Origin: the human T2T-CHM13v2.0 reference genome, Homo sapiens
Reading direction: 5' to 3' (one strand)
Length of the DNA: 64,000 nucleotides
Assembly (NCBI RefSeq): GCF_009914755.1
Contig: NC_060937.1
In this document: piece by piece, positions 22,425 to 34,139 of the stretch
How the letters are laid out: each line of letters starts with the position of its first letter
Numbering within the stretch: position 1 is the stretch's first letter
The notes under the pieces: generated by a model
What the model saw: the letters and a program-made list of their open reading frames with translations, nothing else
Databases searched by the model: none
Told to the model about the DNA's origin: nothing
Made by a program: the position numbers and the translations under genes

Positions 22425-25400
22425 AGATGGGGCAGGCCGCCATCTTTCCTGTTCAGGCAACTTAGTCATTCCAGCCTGAGGGCTTTGGAGAGTATAAACC
22501 GACAAGGGGCAGAAGAGATCCCACAGCACAGCATAGCTGCTTTACCAAATCATGGCCAGAATGCTTCTGTAAGCAGGCCCCCGACCCTGTTGCACATCAC
22601 TGTACAGGACCTCCCAAATGGGGCCTCCAGCTACCGCCACCAGCATTCCTTGGCCAATAGAAATTTGAAGTGTTCATGGGACAGAGCTCCCAGAGAGAGG
22701 GGCAGGCCACCACCTTTTCTGTTTGGGTGACTAGCCGTTCTGGTTTGTGGGCTTTGGAAAGCCCAAGTTGACAAGGGGTGGAAGAGGAACCTCAGCGCAG
22801 CACGGCCACACTACAAAAACGTGGCCAGACTCTTGTTTAAGTCAGTCCCCGACCACATTTCTAATCAGCAGGTGAAGCCTTTCAACCAAGGTCTCCAGCT
22901 GCCTTCACTGCTGTTCTCTGGCCGACAGAGGTTTCAGGCCTCCCTGAGTCAGAGCTCCCAGGGGGAGGACCAGACTGTTGTCTTTGCTGTTGGGGCAACT
23001 CAGCCATTTCAGCATTAGGGCTTCAGAGTGTCTGAGGCAACCAGGAGTGGAAGTGAACACCCGGCATAGCACAGCTGCTCTAGAAAAACGTGCCCAGACT
23101 TTTTTTTCTTTAACTCAGTGCCTGTTTTTGTTCCTCCTGACTAGATAAGACTTCTCAACTTGTCTCCAGTCACATCTTATAGGTGCGTTCATACTGGCAA
23201 CAAGTTCGTACCTCAGTGGCACAGAGCTCCCAGAGGAAGGGGCAGGCTATCATCTTCCCTGGAAAATACAAGGCAGTTAGGGACTGGAAGGGACCCCCAG
23301 CATACCACAGCAGCCTGACAGAAAAGTGGCCAGACAGTCTACTTGATGGGCAGGTCCTACTGACCTGGGTCTCCAGCCAGTCCACCATCGGAGCTATCCA
23401 GCCAGTAGCAACTCAGCAATTCCCTGGACAGAGCTTCCAGGAGCAAACGAAATTCTCTCTGCCATTGCCTCCGCAGTGAAACTGCCCTTGCTACCCTCAG
23501 AATATCAAGGGAGCAAAGACCCTAAGTGCCATATTGACACCTCCAATAAGCTGCGGTTGACCCAATGAACAAGCCAGTCCATCTCCCACGGGTACCACAC
23601 ACCCCCCACTGCTCATCACCAGAGAGGGAACACTGGCTTGACCTCAGAACACAGACCCTCCATCCTGGGCTGATTACGCTAAGTGATTGCTAACTCACAT
23701 CTCTATGGGATGGAGCACCCAGGAGACAAGCAGAGTGGTGGAGCAGCAAGTCAGGTGATGTGGAGCCCAGAGGGCAGGGACAGCTATCTCTCTAGGCTCC
23801 ACGTGCCCTTGTGAGACACTTTATCCCAGCACTTTAGGAATGCTAAGTTCAGATCAGCCCCATCTCATGTTCAGGATTGCCCAGCAGAGATCAGGTCCCA
23901 GAGTTCCCCTCCTCAAAAAGGGGACTTGCTTAAAAAAGAAGCCTGACCATGTTTGTGTAAAGCATCTATGCTGTGCCGGGGGTTCACTTTTGAGAGAGTT
24001 CTCCTCTGAGACCTGATCTCTGCTGGGCAGCCTTGCACATGAGATAGGGCTGGTCTGATATCAGCACTCCTTTGTCTTCTTGCCTCTCCCAGGACCCCAG
24101 CCTGGCCACATCTGCATACAGGGCACTCTCGGATGCCCACAGCATAGCTTCCGTGCTAGTGGACTGTACCTGATCAGTGGAGAGCTGCAGCAAGGTGGCC
24201 CCAACAGCCACGCACCAGCCTGCACATTACCTCTCCATACTGCAGCCCTTTATATGGAAACTTCCTACATCACTTTGCTGTATGTGTTTCCACATGTGGG
24301 TTTTGCTGTACTTGCCCTGACAGCACAGGGGAGTGCAGGACACACCCCAACCCACACCAACTGCCATTGAAGACAGAGCCTTGGTGGGCACAGAACCAAG
24401 AACCCCACCCCTGCCAGCACCTAACCCTTGAGCAAATGCTGTGCAGAGAAAAAGGGACCTTCTTATACCCTGAGTGACCACTGTTGCTTTGAGGGGCACA
24501 GAGAAGGCACCATGGCCTGCACTGGCCAGCAGCCCACCCTGAACCAACACTACCTCCAGTGCAACACACACACAGCAGGGGACCCCTGGCCCACACCCCA
24601 GCTGTCTTGCCTCCACCACTGGGTGAACGCCCGCAGGGAGGCAGGGACTTTTGCATCCACTAGCATTCTGCCACATTTGCCACACTTTGGTCCCCTCAGT
24701 GCAGTGGACTCCAAACCTCCAAGAGCCAGAGAACAAAGTTGGGACCCAAGACAAGTTCCCCAGAGTTAAAGCACACAGTCCAGGAATTGGAAGCTGCACA
24801 TTGGCCCCCCTAAAATCCTCCAAAAACAAAGCCAGTTGGTTGAATCCACCTTATCCCACAATGAAACCCTCAAGATCATCAAATACAATAAAACAAAAAT
24901 ACCCTGTCCGAAGGTCAGCAGCCTCAAAGATGGAAGGTGGATAAGCCCATAAAGATGAGAAAGAATCTGTGCGAGAACACTGAAAACTCCAAAAGTCAGC
25001 ATGTTTTCTTTCCTCCAAATGACTGTATCAACTCTCCAGCAAGTGTTCAGAACTGAGCTGAGGCTGAGATGTCTGGAATGATACAAGCTGGGTTCAGGAT
25101 ATGCGCAGGAACAAAGTTCACTGAGTGAAAGACGTATGTTGTCATGCAATACAAGTGAGCTAAAAATCATTGTAACACATTGTAGGAGCTAACAGACAAA
25201 ATAGCAAGTACAAAGAAGACACAACCGACCTAATAGAGCTGAAAAGCACACTACAAGAATTTTCATAATGCAGTCACATAGTGATTATGTGTGATTGCAT
25301 TATAAAAATTATTGTAGTGTGTGTGGGCACCTGAGATTGCCCTGTAAGCAGGTGTGGCCAGGCTGGGGTCCTGGGAGAGGCAAGCAGACTAAGGAGGGCT

Positions 25401-26550
25401 GAGGTCAAACCAGCTCCATCTCATGTGCAAGACCACCCAGCAGAATAGACCAAGCAGAGGAAAGAATCCCAGAGCTTGAAAACTGGCTTTCTGAAATAAA
25501 ACAGGCAGACAAGAATGGGGGAAAAAAGAAGGAAAATGAATGAACAAAACATTCAAGAAATATGAGATTATATAAACGACCAAATCTATGACTGATTAGT
25601 GTACGTTAAAGAGATGAGGAGAATGGAACCAACTTGGAAAACATACTTCAGAATATCATTCATGAGATTATCCCCAACCTATCCAGACAGGCCAACATTC
25701 CAATTCAGGAAATCCAGAGAACCTCAGTAAGATAAGCCACGAGAAGATCATCCCCAAGACATATACTCATCAGATTCTCCAAGGTCAAAATGAAAGAAAC
25801 AATGTTAAAGGCAGCTAGAGAGAAAGGCAACGTCACCTGCAAAGGGAATTCCATCAGACTTAGCAGACTTCTCAGCTGAAACCCTACAAGCCAGAAAAGA
25901 TATTCAACTTCTTAAAGAAAAGAAATTTCACGTAGTATGGCAGAGACAGATGTACCATATAATAACATGGTGTTATTATAAATGGTTAAAAGAAAAAGAA
26001 ATTTCAACCCAGAATTTCATGTCCAGCAAAATTAAGCATCATAAGTGAAGGAGAAACAAGATCCTTTTCAGACAAGCAAATGCTGAGAGAATTCATTATC
26101 ACCAGATCTACCTTACAAGAGCTCCTGAATGAAGCACTAAATATGGAAAGAAAAGACCATCACCAGCCACTACAAAAATGCACCGAAGTACACAGACCAG
26201 TAATGCTAAAAAACCAACCACATACACAAGTCTGCAAAATAACTAGCTGACAGCATGACGACAGGATCTAATCCACACATACCATTACTAACCTTAAATG
26301 GAAATGGGCTAAATGCTCCGATTGAAAGACACAGGGGGGCAAGCTGGATAAAGAACCAAGACCCATTTGAGTATGCTGTCTCCAAGAAACCCATCTCACA
26401 TGCAGTGCCATACATAGGCTCAAAATGAAGGAATGGTGAAAAATCTTTCAAGCAAATGGAAAACAGAAGAAATCAGGTGTTACACTCCCAGTTTCGACAA
26501 AACGTATATACCAATAAAGATAAAAAAAGACAGAGAAGGTCATTACAAAG
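22425..26550 (+). mobile_element. Old primate L1 (L1PA13-16/L1PB-like): repetitive 5'UTR, decayed ORF1, start of ORF2; interrupted by inserts
   Basis: ORF1 motifs gagaatggaaccaacttggaaaacatact and aaggcagctagagagaaagg; ORF2 start atgacgacaggatctaatccacacata at ~26255; ~270-bp repeated UTR monomers at ~22430, 22700, 22965, 23240. Confidence 0.8.
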
Positions 26551-27540
26551 GTGGTCCTGACCTTTGATAAATCTCATTATTGATTGATACCAACCTAGGC
26601 TATCTTTATTGCCCAAACCAACAGGATAATTTGCTGAGGTTGTGGAGCTTCTCCCCTGCAAAGAGTCCCTGATCTCCCAAAATCTGGTTTAGATCTAAGT
26701 TTGATTTTTCTGTACAACTCCTTTTCTGAAGTTTTACTCATTTCCAACAAGGAAGGCAAGTTTTCCTGCTTCTGTGGTGATGGAGAGCAGGCACCTCCTT
26801 TCCTGAGTTTCAGCTTGCTTCTGACAGGGAAGGTGAGTGTAAGTTGTTTTCAGCTTCTAACATGGCAGAGAACGATCACCAGCCTGAGCCTTGTTTCCAG
26901 GTAAGTAGCTGAATTAGAGTTTTGTCTTAAAATTTTTCCTTAATGACTAAAATTTAAGATTACTCACCAGCTGCTTTTAATTTCTGCTTTTAGTTTCTCC
27001 TTACCATTAGAACACTCAGTAATCATATGAATTGTGCATTTGTTGTTTTGCTTAACTCTTTTTGTTTGTTTATGCTTGGGGCTTTATTGTTGTTGTTTCA
27101 CTTTTCTCCCTTCTCTTCCTGACTTGGTCAAATCCAAAGGAATTTTCCAAATTGTGGGGAGCAAGCCCTCTGAATTGGCTAAAACTCCTATGGCTGCAAA
27201 CAAACAAACAAACAAATAAACAACAAAAAAAAACATTCCAGTTAGCAGAAATTATTTTTTAAAACTTTTTTTTTTTTACATAAGTGGTCTCATCTACATA
27301 ACAAGGCCACCCTTTTGCTAGCCAAGGCTAAACTGAAGGAGTAGTGGTGGTGACCCAATGTGAAGATTCTGCCCTGTTCACTACAGAAACCTGAGTTTGG
27401 TTCCTAAGTCTAGTTCTTTCTGTTTGATATTTGTGTTACTTTTAAAGCGTCAGCAGTTTGTCCCAGCTATGATGTGGTAATAAAAGATTCAAAAGGATTT
27501 TCTTCACAAGTTCTATGATTAAAAGCTTAATTAAAAGCAA
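26551..27540. mobile_element. Probable ERV1 (MER4-group) internal fragment
   Basis: Abruptly replaces L1 ORF2; motifs resemble MER4/MER57-group internal leader sequence; subfamily not determined. Confidence 0.45.
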
Positions 27541-27544
27541 ATTT

Positions 27545-28617
27545 CTTTTTTTTTAAAAGTTCTGGGGTACATGTGCAGAACATGCAGGTTACATAGGTAT
27601 ACACATGCCATGGTGGCTTGCTGCATCCATCAACCCACGATCTACATTAGTTATTTCTCCTAATGCCATCCCTCTCCTAGCCCCCCACCCTGACAGGCCC
27701 TAGTGTGTGATGTTCCCCTTCCTGTGTCCATGTGTTCCCATTGTTCAACTCCCAGTTATGAGTGAGAACATGTGGTGTTTGGTTTTCTGTTCTTCTGTTA
27801 GTTAGCTGAAAATGATGGTTTCCAGCTTCATTCATGTCCCAGCAAATGACGTGAATTCATCCCTTTTTATGGCTGCATAGTATTTCGTGGTGTATATATG
27901 CCACATTTTCTTTATCCAGTCTATCATTGGTGGGCATTTGGGTTGGTTCCAAGTCTTTGCTGTTGTGAACAGTGCCGCAATAAACAGACAGGTGCATGTG
28001 TCTTTATATTAGTATGATTTATAATTTTGGGCGTATATACCCAGTAATGGGATTGCTGGGTCAAATGATATTTCTGGTTGTAGATCCTTGAGGAATTGTC
28101 ACACTGTCTTCCACAATGGTTGAAGTAATTTATATTCCCACCAACTGTGTAAAAGCTTTCCTATTTCTCCACGTCCTCTCTAGCATCTGTTCTTTCCTGA
28201 TTTTTTAACGATGACCATTCTAAGTGGTCTGAGATTGTATCTCATTGTGGTTTTGATTTCCATTTCTCTAATGACCAGTGATGATGTGCTTTGCTTCACA
28301 TGTTCGTTGGCTGTATAAATGTCTTCTTTGGTAAGTGTCTGTTCATACCCTTTGCTCACTTTTTGATGGTTTTTTTTTCTTGTAAATTTGTTCTTTGTAG
28401 ATTCTGCATATTAGCCCTTTGTCAGATGGATAGATTGCAACAATGTTCTCCCATTCTGTGGGTTGCCTGTTCACTCTGATAATAGTTTCTTTTGCGCTGC
28501 AGATACTCTTAAGTTTAGTTAGATCCCATTTGTAAATTTTGGTTTTTGTAGCCATTGCTTTTGGTGTTCTAGTGATGAAGACTCTGCCCATGGCTATGTC
28601 CTGAATGGTATTGCCTA
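27545..28617 (-). mobile_element. L1PA (about L1PA7/8) 3' end with polyA
   Basis: tttttaaaagttctggggtacatgtgcagaacatgcagg.., cccagtaatgggattgctgggtcaaatg; ORF 28343(-) [30 protein letters not shown]. Confidence 0.9.
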
Positions 28618-28639
28618 ACACAAGGACATTTCTGTGCCT

Positions 28640-29140
28640 GACTGCTATACCACCCAAAGTAATTTATAGACTCATTGCTGTCCCCATCAAGTTACCATTA
28701 CTTTCTTCACAGAATTAGAAAAACTACTTTAAATTTCATATGGAACCAAAAAAGAGCCCACATGGCCAAGACAATCCTAAGCAAAAACAGCAAAGCTAGA
28801 GGCATCACAGTACCTGACTTCAAATTATTCTACAAGGCTACAGCAACCAAAACAGCATGGGGCTGGTAACAAATCAGATCTATAGACCAATGGAACAGAA
28901 CAGAGCCCTCAGAAATGACACCACACATCTAAAAGCATCTGATCTTTGACAAACCTGACAAAAACAAGCAATGGGAAAGGATACCCTATTTAATAAATGG
29001 TGTTGGGAAAACTGGCTAGCCAAATGCAGAAAACTGAAACTGGGCCACAACCATACACCTTAAACAAAAATTAAGTAAGATGGATGAAAGAGTTAGAAGT
29101 AAGACCTAAAACCATAAAAAATCTAGAAGAAAACCTAGGC
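28640..29140 (+). mobile_element. Inverted L1 ORF2 segment of the same insertion (5' inversion)
   Basis: [41 protein letters not shown]; ends gaagaaaacctaggc, adjacent in the L1 consensus to the start of the minus-strand piece. Confidence 0.85.
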
Positions 29141-29189
29141 CACCAACCTCAGGGGAAATGACCTGTAGTGAAATGCATGGTACAAACAA

Positions 29190-31825
29190 GCATTCCCTGC
29201 TTCCTTGAGTGGGCAAAGTTGATGGCTAATCCAACCACTTCAGGCACACCCTTGCAAACGCGGCTGGTTGCTTTTTGAGCCAGCTTGGCCTTGCCCGGCA
29301 TACACAAGCCTCAATGCAACAACTTTGCTAAAAATGGAGCCACACAGAGGAAATGAGCAGCAAGCTCAGAAGCAGGGTGTGCACTGCCTTTGGGGCTCCA
29401 GTCCATGCCTCAGGGCTTGTATGGGACTGCAGGATTCTTGGTTGCCAAGAGGTAGACCATAGACCAGCCGAGGAGGACTTTATGTTCAAGGGCAGAAAGC
29501 AGCCAGGTTTACCACCCAGGGGACTCGGCCTTCTGTGGCCCCGGCCAGACTTAGAATTTGGCTCAAAGCAGGACCAGCTCACTCGGAGTAGTGTGTCAGT
29601 AGCTGGGGCCTGTACATGCTAGGCAAGGCTAAGCTGGCTCAAAGAGCAACCAGCCACCACTGCAAGGGTGCTCCTGGATGAGGTGGAGCAGCCAGCAACT
29701 TCAGCTACACAAGGAAGCAGGGATGGCCAGGTTCCCACAGCATGAGTGGCCACCGCCTGATGGCTGATCAAGCAGAGGCCTGAGGAAAAGCAGATGGCAG
29801 TTGGGCCCTACCTCTAGGGTAGAAGAACTGATGTACCCTGACCGGTAGTGAGTGAGGTTGGTGGTGGGTCCACCGGCTCCTGGCACACCCTTGCAGAGGA
29901 GGCTGTTTGCTCTTTAAGGCAGCTTGGCCTTGCCTGGCATGCACAGGCCCCAGGTACCGACACGCTGCTCCCAGTGAACTTGTTCTGCCTTGGACCAAAT
30001 TCTAAGTGGCTTGGAGTTTGCCCAGCATGCCCAAGCCTCAGTGTAATAACTGTGCAACAAATGGAGCCACATAGCCGAAACGAGCAGCAGGCTCAGAAGC
30101 AGGGTGTGCCCTGCCTTTGGGGCTCCAGTCGATGCCTCAGGGCTCCTATGGCACTGCGGGTTTCTTGGTTGCCTAGCTGCAGACCACAGGCTGTCTTGAG
30201 GAGGACTTTATGTTCAAGTGCAGAAAGTAGTCAGGATTACCATCCAGGGGACTCTGCCTTCTGTGGTCCTCTCCAGACTTAGAATTTGGCCCAAGGCAGG
30301 ACAAGCTGGTTCGGAGCAGAGTGTCAGTACCTGGGGCCTATGCATGCCAGGCAAGGCCAAGCTGGCTCAGAGCAACCAGCCACCTCTGCAAGGCTGTGCC
30401 TGTAGCAGGCGGACAAGCCAGCAACCTCACCCGCTCAAGGAAGCCCGGATGGCCAGGTTCCAACAGCATGAGTAGCTGCCACCTGATGCCTGATGGAGCA
30501 GAGGCCTGAGGAAAAGCAGGTGGCATATTTAACTCTTTAATCCATCTTAAGTTAATTTTTGTATGAAGCAGACGGCACCAGTCCATGCCTCAGGGCTCAT
30601 ATGTCACTGCGGGCCACAGAAGGGCGAGTACCCAGGGTGGTAATCCTGCCTGCTTTCTGCACTTGAACATAAAGTCCTCCTCAAGACGGCCTGTGGTCTG
30701 CCTCTTGGCCCCACCTTTAGGGTAGAAGAACTGATGTACCACGTCTGGCAGTGAGTGAGGTTGGCGGCTGGACCATCTGCTCCTGGCACACCCTTGCAGA
30801 GGTGGCTGCTTGCTCTTTGAGCCAGCTTGGCCTTGCCTGGCATGCACAAGCCTCACTGCAACAAGTGTGCTACAAATGGAGCCATATAGAGGAAATGATC
30901 AGCAGGCTCAGGAACGGGGCGTGCACTGCCTTTGTGGCTCCAGTCCATGCCTCAGGGCTCGTATGGCACTGTAGGCTTCTTGGTCGCCAAGAGGCAGAAC
31001 ACAGGCTGTCTTGAGGAGGACTTTATGTTCAAGTGCAGAAAGCAGCCAAGATTAGCACCCAAGGGACTGGGCCTTCTGTGGCCCTGGCCAGATTTAGAAT
31101 TTGACCCAAGGCAGGACAAGCTGACTCGGAGCAGAGTGTCAGTACCTGGGGCCTATGCATGTCAGACAAGGCCAAGCTGGCTCAGAGCAACTAGCCACCT
31201 CTGCAAGGCTGTGCCTGTAGCAGGAAGACAAGCCAGCAACCTCAGCTACTCAAGGAAGGAGGGATGGCCATGTTCCCACAGCCTGTGTGGTTGCCGCCTA
31301 TGACTGATAGAGCAGAGGCCTGAGGAAAAGCATATGGCACTGGGGCCCTACCTCTAGGGTAGAAGAACTGATGTAACCTTACCAGCAGCGAGTGACGTTG
31401 GTGGCCGGTCCACCGGCTCCTGGCACAACCTTGCAGAGGTGGCCAGTTGCTTTTTGAGCCAGCTTGGCCTTGCCCGGCATGCTCAAGTCTGTGCAACAAC
31501 TGTGACACAAATGGAGCCACACAGAGAAAATGAGCAGCAGACTCAGGAGCAGGGTGTGTCCTTCCTTGGGGGCTCCAGTCCATGCCTGAGGGTTCATATG
31601 GCACTGCGGGCTTCTTGGTTGCAAAGAGGTAGACCACAGGCCATCTTCAGGAGGTCTTTATGTGGAAGTGCAGAAAGCAGCCAGGATTACCACCCGTGGG
31701 ACTCGGCCTTTTGTGGCCCTGGCCTGACAGAATTTGGCCCAAAGCAGGACAAGCTCACTCGGAGCAACATGTCGGTACCTGGGGCCTGTGCATGCCAGGC
31801 AAGGCCAAGCTGGCTCAAAGAGCAC
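29190..31825 (+). repeat. Tandem array of ~635-bp composite units, each with an internal inverted repeat and an SNX18 PX snippet
   Basis: Marker gaggaggactttatgttcaag at ~29470, 30198, 31013, 31649, plus an inverted copy at ~30660; single-copy homolog at ~2920-3536. Confidence 0.85.
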
Positions 31826-31834
31826 CCAGAGCAT

Positions 31835-32990
31835 CCATTCTGGTGGATGAGCCAACCACATGGCCAGCTTCTGGGTGTGGGCACAGTGCCACATCTTCCA
31901 TCACTTTCTGATGTATCCCACCGGAACTGAAGAGACAGCCTGGAGAGAGTGCAAGAGGAAGGCTGAGAAGGATGAGATAGTGAGTGCCGGCTTCTTTCTG
32001 ACCCTCAGTACAACCCCAGGTGGTGACCATCAACCTTTAGGGGTGGGAGAGCAAGACTGATGGCTTCAAATGCTTCCCCAAGAAGATGGACACAGGCCAC
32101 TCAGCTCAACCTCACAGCCAATGAGTTGACAAGCAAGCAGATGACAGTGACAGGCTTTTAGAAAGAGCATCAGAACATGGCCAGTTTTTCTTCAGCCTCA
32201 GCCAGGCCTTGGAACTTGACTAGGCCATCCACTTCACCAGAGATGCCTTCAAGAACATCAGTAAGCTCCTTGCCAATCAGTCCAGGAAGGACCTGGACCC
32301 AGCCATGGACCTGTTAGTGCTGTCTCAGGGACACCAGACCAACATCCTGGACATCATCCTCATACACAAGGAAGCTCTTACCAAAGTCACGGAGAACAGG
32401 CAACATGTGGCAGAAGGGAAGACAGAGGTGCAGAGGCTGATGGCGTCATTATCACAGGAACAGGATTTCTTTGGCCACTTTGGCTGAAATTCACCACTTC
32501 CATCCAATTCACTCGAGTGAGAGACTTGAAATCACAGATGGAGCATTTCTTGCAACAAGAGATACTATTTTTTCAAAAAGTCACCTAAAATTTGATAGTG
32601 TTGAATGACTAGCTATTCGATTGTGGACTTTTTCCAGTTCACGGGTACTTTCTACAGCAGAATGATAACAGTATCAAAGAGCTAGTGCCAGCTATCGGTG
32701 GTAGTACAAGGATGACTTTGTGCTCAACTGAAACCCAGCTGAATATAGAATTGTGTAGGAAAGTGTTAATATGGTGATAGAATAGAAAGAGTGGCAAATG
32801 AACTAAATCATACTATGAATGCCTACACTACCATTATAACTTTTTGAAGAATGATAATACCACTTACTTTATTGCCTTTTGAAGTAGGGATATTTTAGTG
32901 GATATGCTATAGACCTGAAACCCTATAAAGAATCCCAAAGAAGTTGGCTGGATAAAGCCTGCTATGCATGTCTTTATACTCAAAGACTGA
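31835..32990 (+). pseudogene. SNX18P: SNX18 pseudogene fragment, copy B
   Basis: [46 protein letters not shown]; [43 protein letters not shown]; colinear with 3720-4825. Confidence 0.9.
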
Positions 32991-34130
32991 TGAGGCAATT
33001 CGAATATGTGTCCCCACCAAATCTCATGTTGAGTTATGCTTCCTAATGTTGGAGGTGGATCCTCGTATAAGGTGATTGAATCATGAAGGCGAATTTCTCA
33101 TGAGTGGTTCAGCACCATCCCCTTGGTACTGTCCTCACAATCATGAGTGAATTCTCGTGAGATCTGGCCACTGAAAACTCTATATCACTCCCTACTCTCC
33201 GTGATTTCCTCTTGCCATGTGAGACAATTCACTCTTTCATTACCTTGCACAATGATTGAAAGATTTCTGAGGCCCCCCAGAAGCAGAAGCACTAAGCTGC
33301 CTGTCCACTCTGCAGAACCATGAGCCAATTAAACCTCTTTTTCAAAATAAATCTTACCAAAAATGGCAAATGAGGACTGCAGCATTGCTATAAAGATACC
33401 TGAAAATGTGGAAGCAACTTCGGAACTCTGTAATGGGTAGAGGTTGGAAGAGTTTGGAGGGCTCCAAAGAAGACAGATAGATGAGAGCATTTTTGGACCA
33501 TCTTAGAGACTGGTTAAATGGCTGTGACAAGAATGCTGACAAAAACATGGACAGTGAAGGCCAGGCTGAGGGGGCCTCAGATAAAAATAAGAAGCTTTCT
33601 GGAAAATGTCTCCCTTTTGGATATGGAAAGCTTACAAAATGCCTGTACCATCATTGTACCTTAGACGCAGTGAACTTGCTTTTTATTTCAGAGACTCGTA
33701 GGCAAAAGAGAATGTAGCCTTGACCCAGATGAGACTTTGGACTTTGTAACTATGAGTTAATGCTGAAATGAGTTAAGACTTTGTGAGACTGCTGGCAAGG
33801 CATGACTGTATTTTGCAGTGTGAGAAGGACATGAGATTTGTGGGGTCAGGGACAGAATAATACGGTTTTTCTCTATGCCCCTTCCAAAACTCATGTGAAA
33901 GTACACTCCCTAATGTTAGAGTCGGGGCCTAGGTGGAAAAAGCTTTAATCATAAAGGGGTGGGAGTGGATCCTTCACAAATGGCAAAGCACCAAGCCGTT
34001 AATGCCATCCTCCTGATAGTGAGTGAGTTCTCATGAGATCTAGTAGTTTAAAAGGCTGTGGAACCTCTTTCCTCTCTCTGTCTTGTTCCAACTTTTGCCA
34101 TATGAAACTTGTCATTGCCCCTTGGATTTC
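32990..34130 (+). mobile_element. MST-type MaLR LTR, deleted internal region and second LTR (unexpanded paralog of 4825-5900)
   Basis: tgtgtccccaccaaatctcatgttg..; gcagaaccatgagccaattaaacctctttt; shares the internal deletion junction aagaagctttctggaaaatgtc with ~5400. Confidence 0.85.
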
Positions 34131-34139
34131 CGGTGTGGT

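Noticed and set aside
24227-24829. 200-aa minus-strand ORF
   Set aside because: GC-rich antisense L1 5'UTR/insert sequence with no recognisable domain
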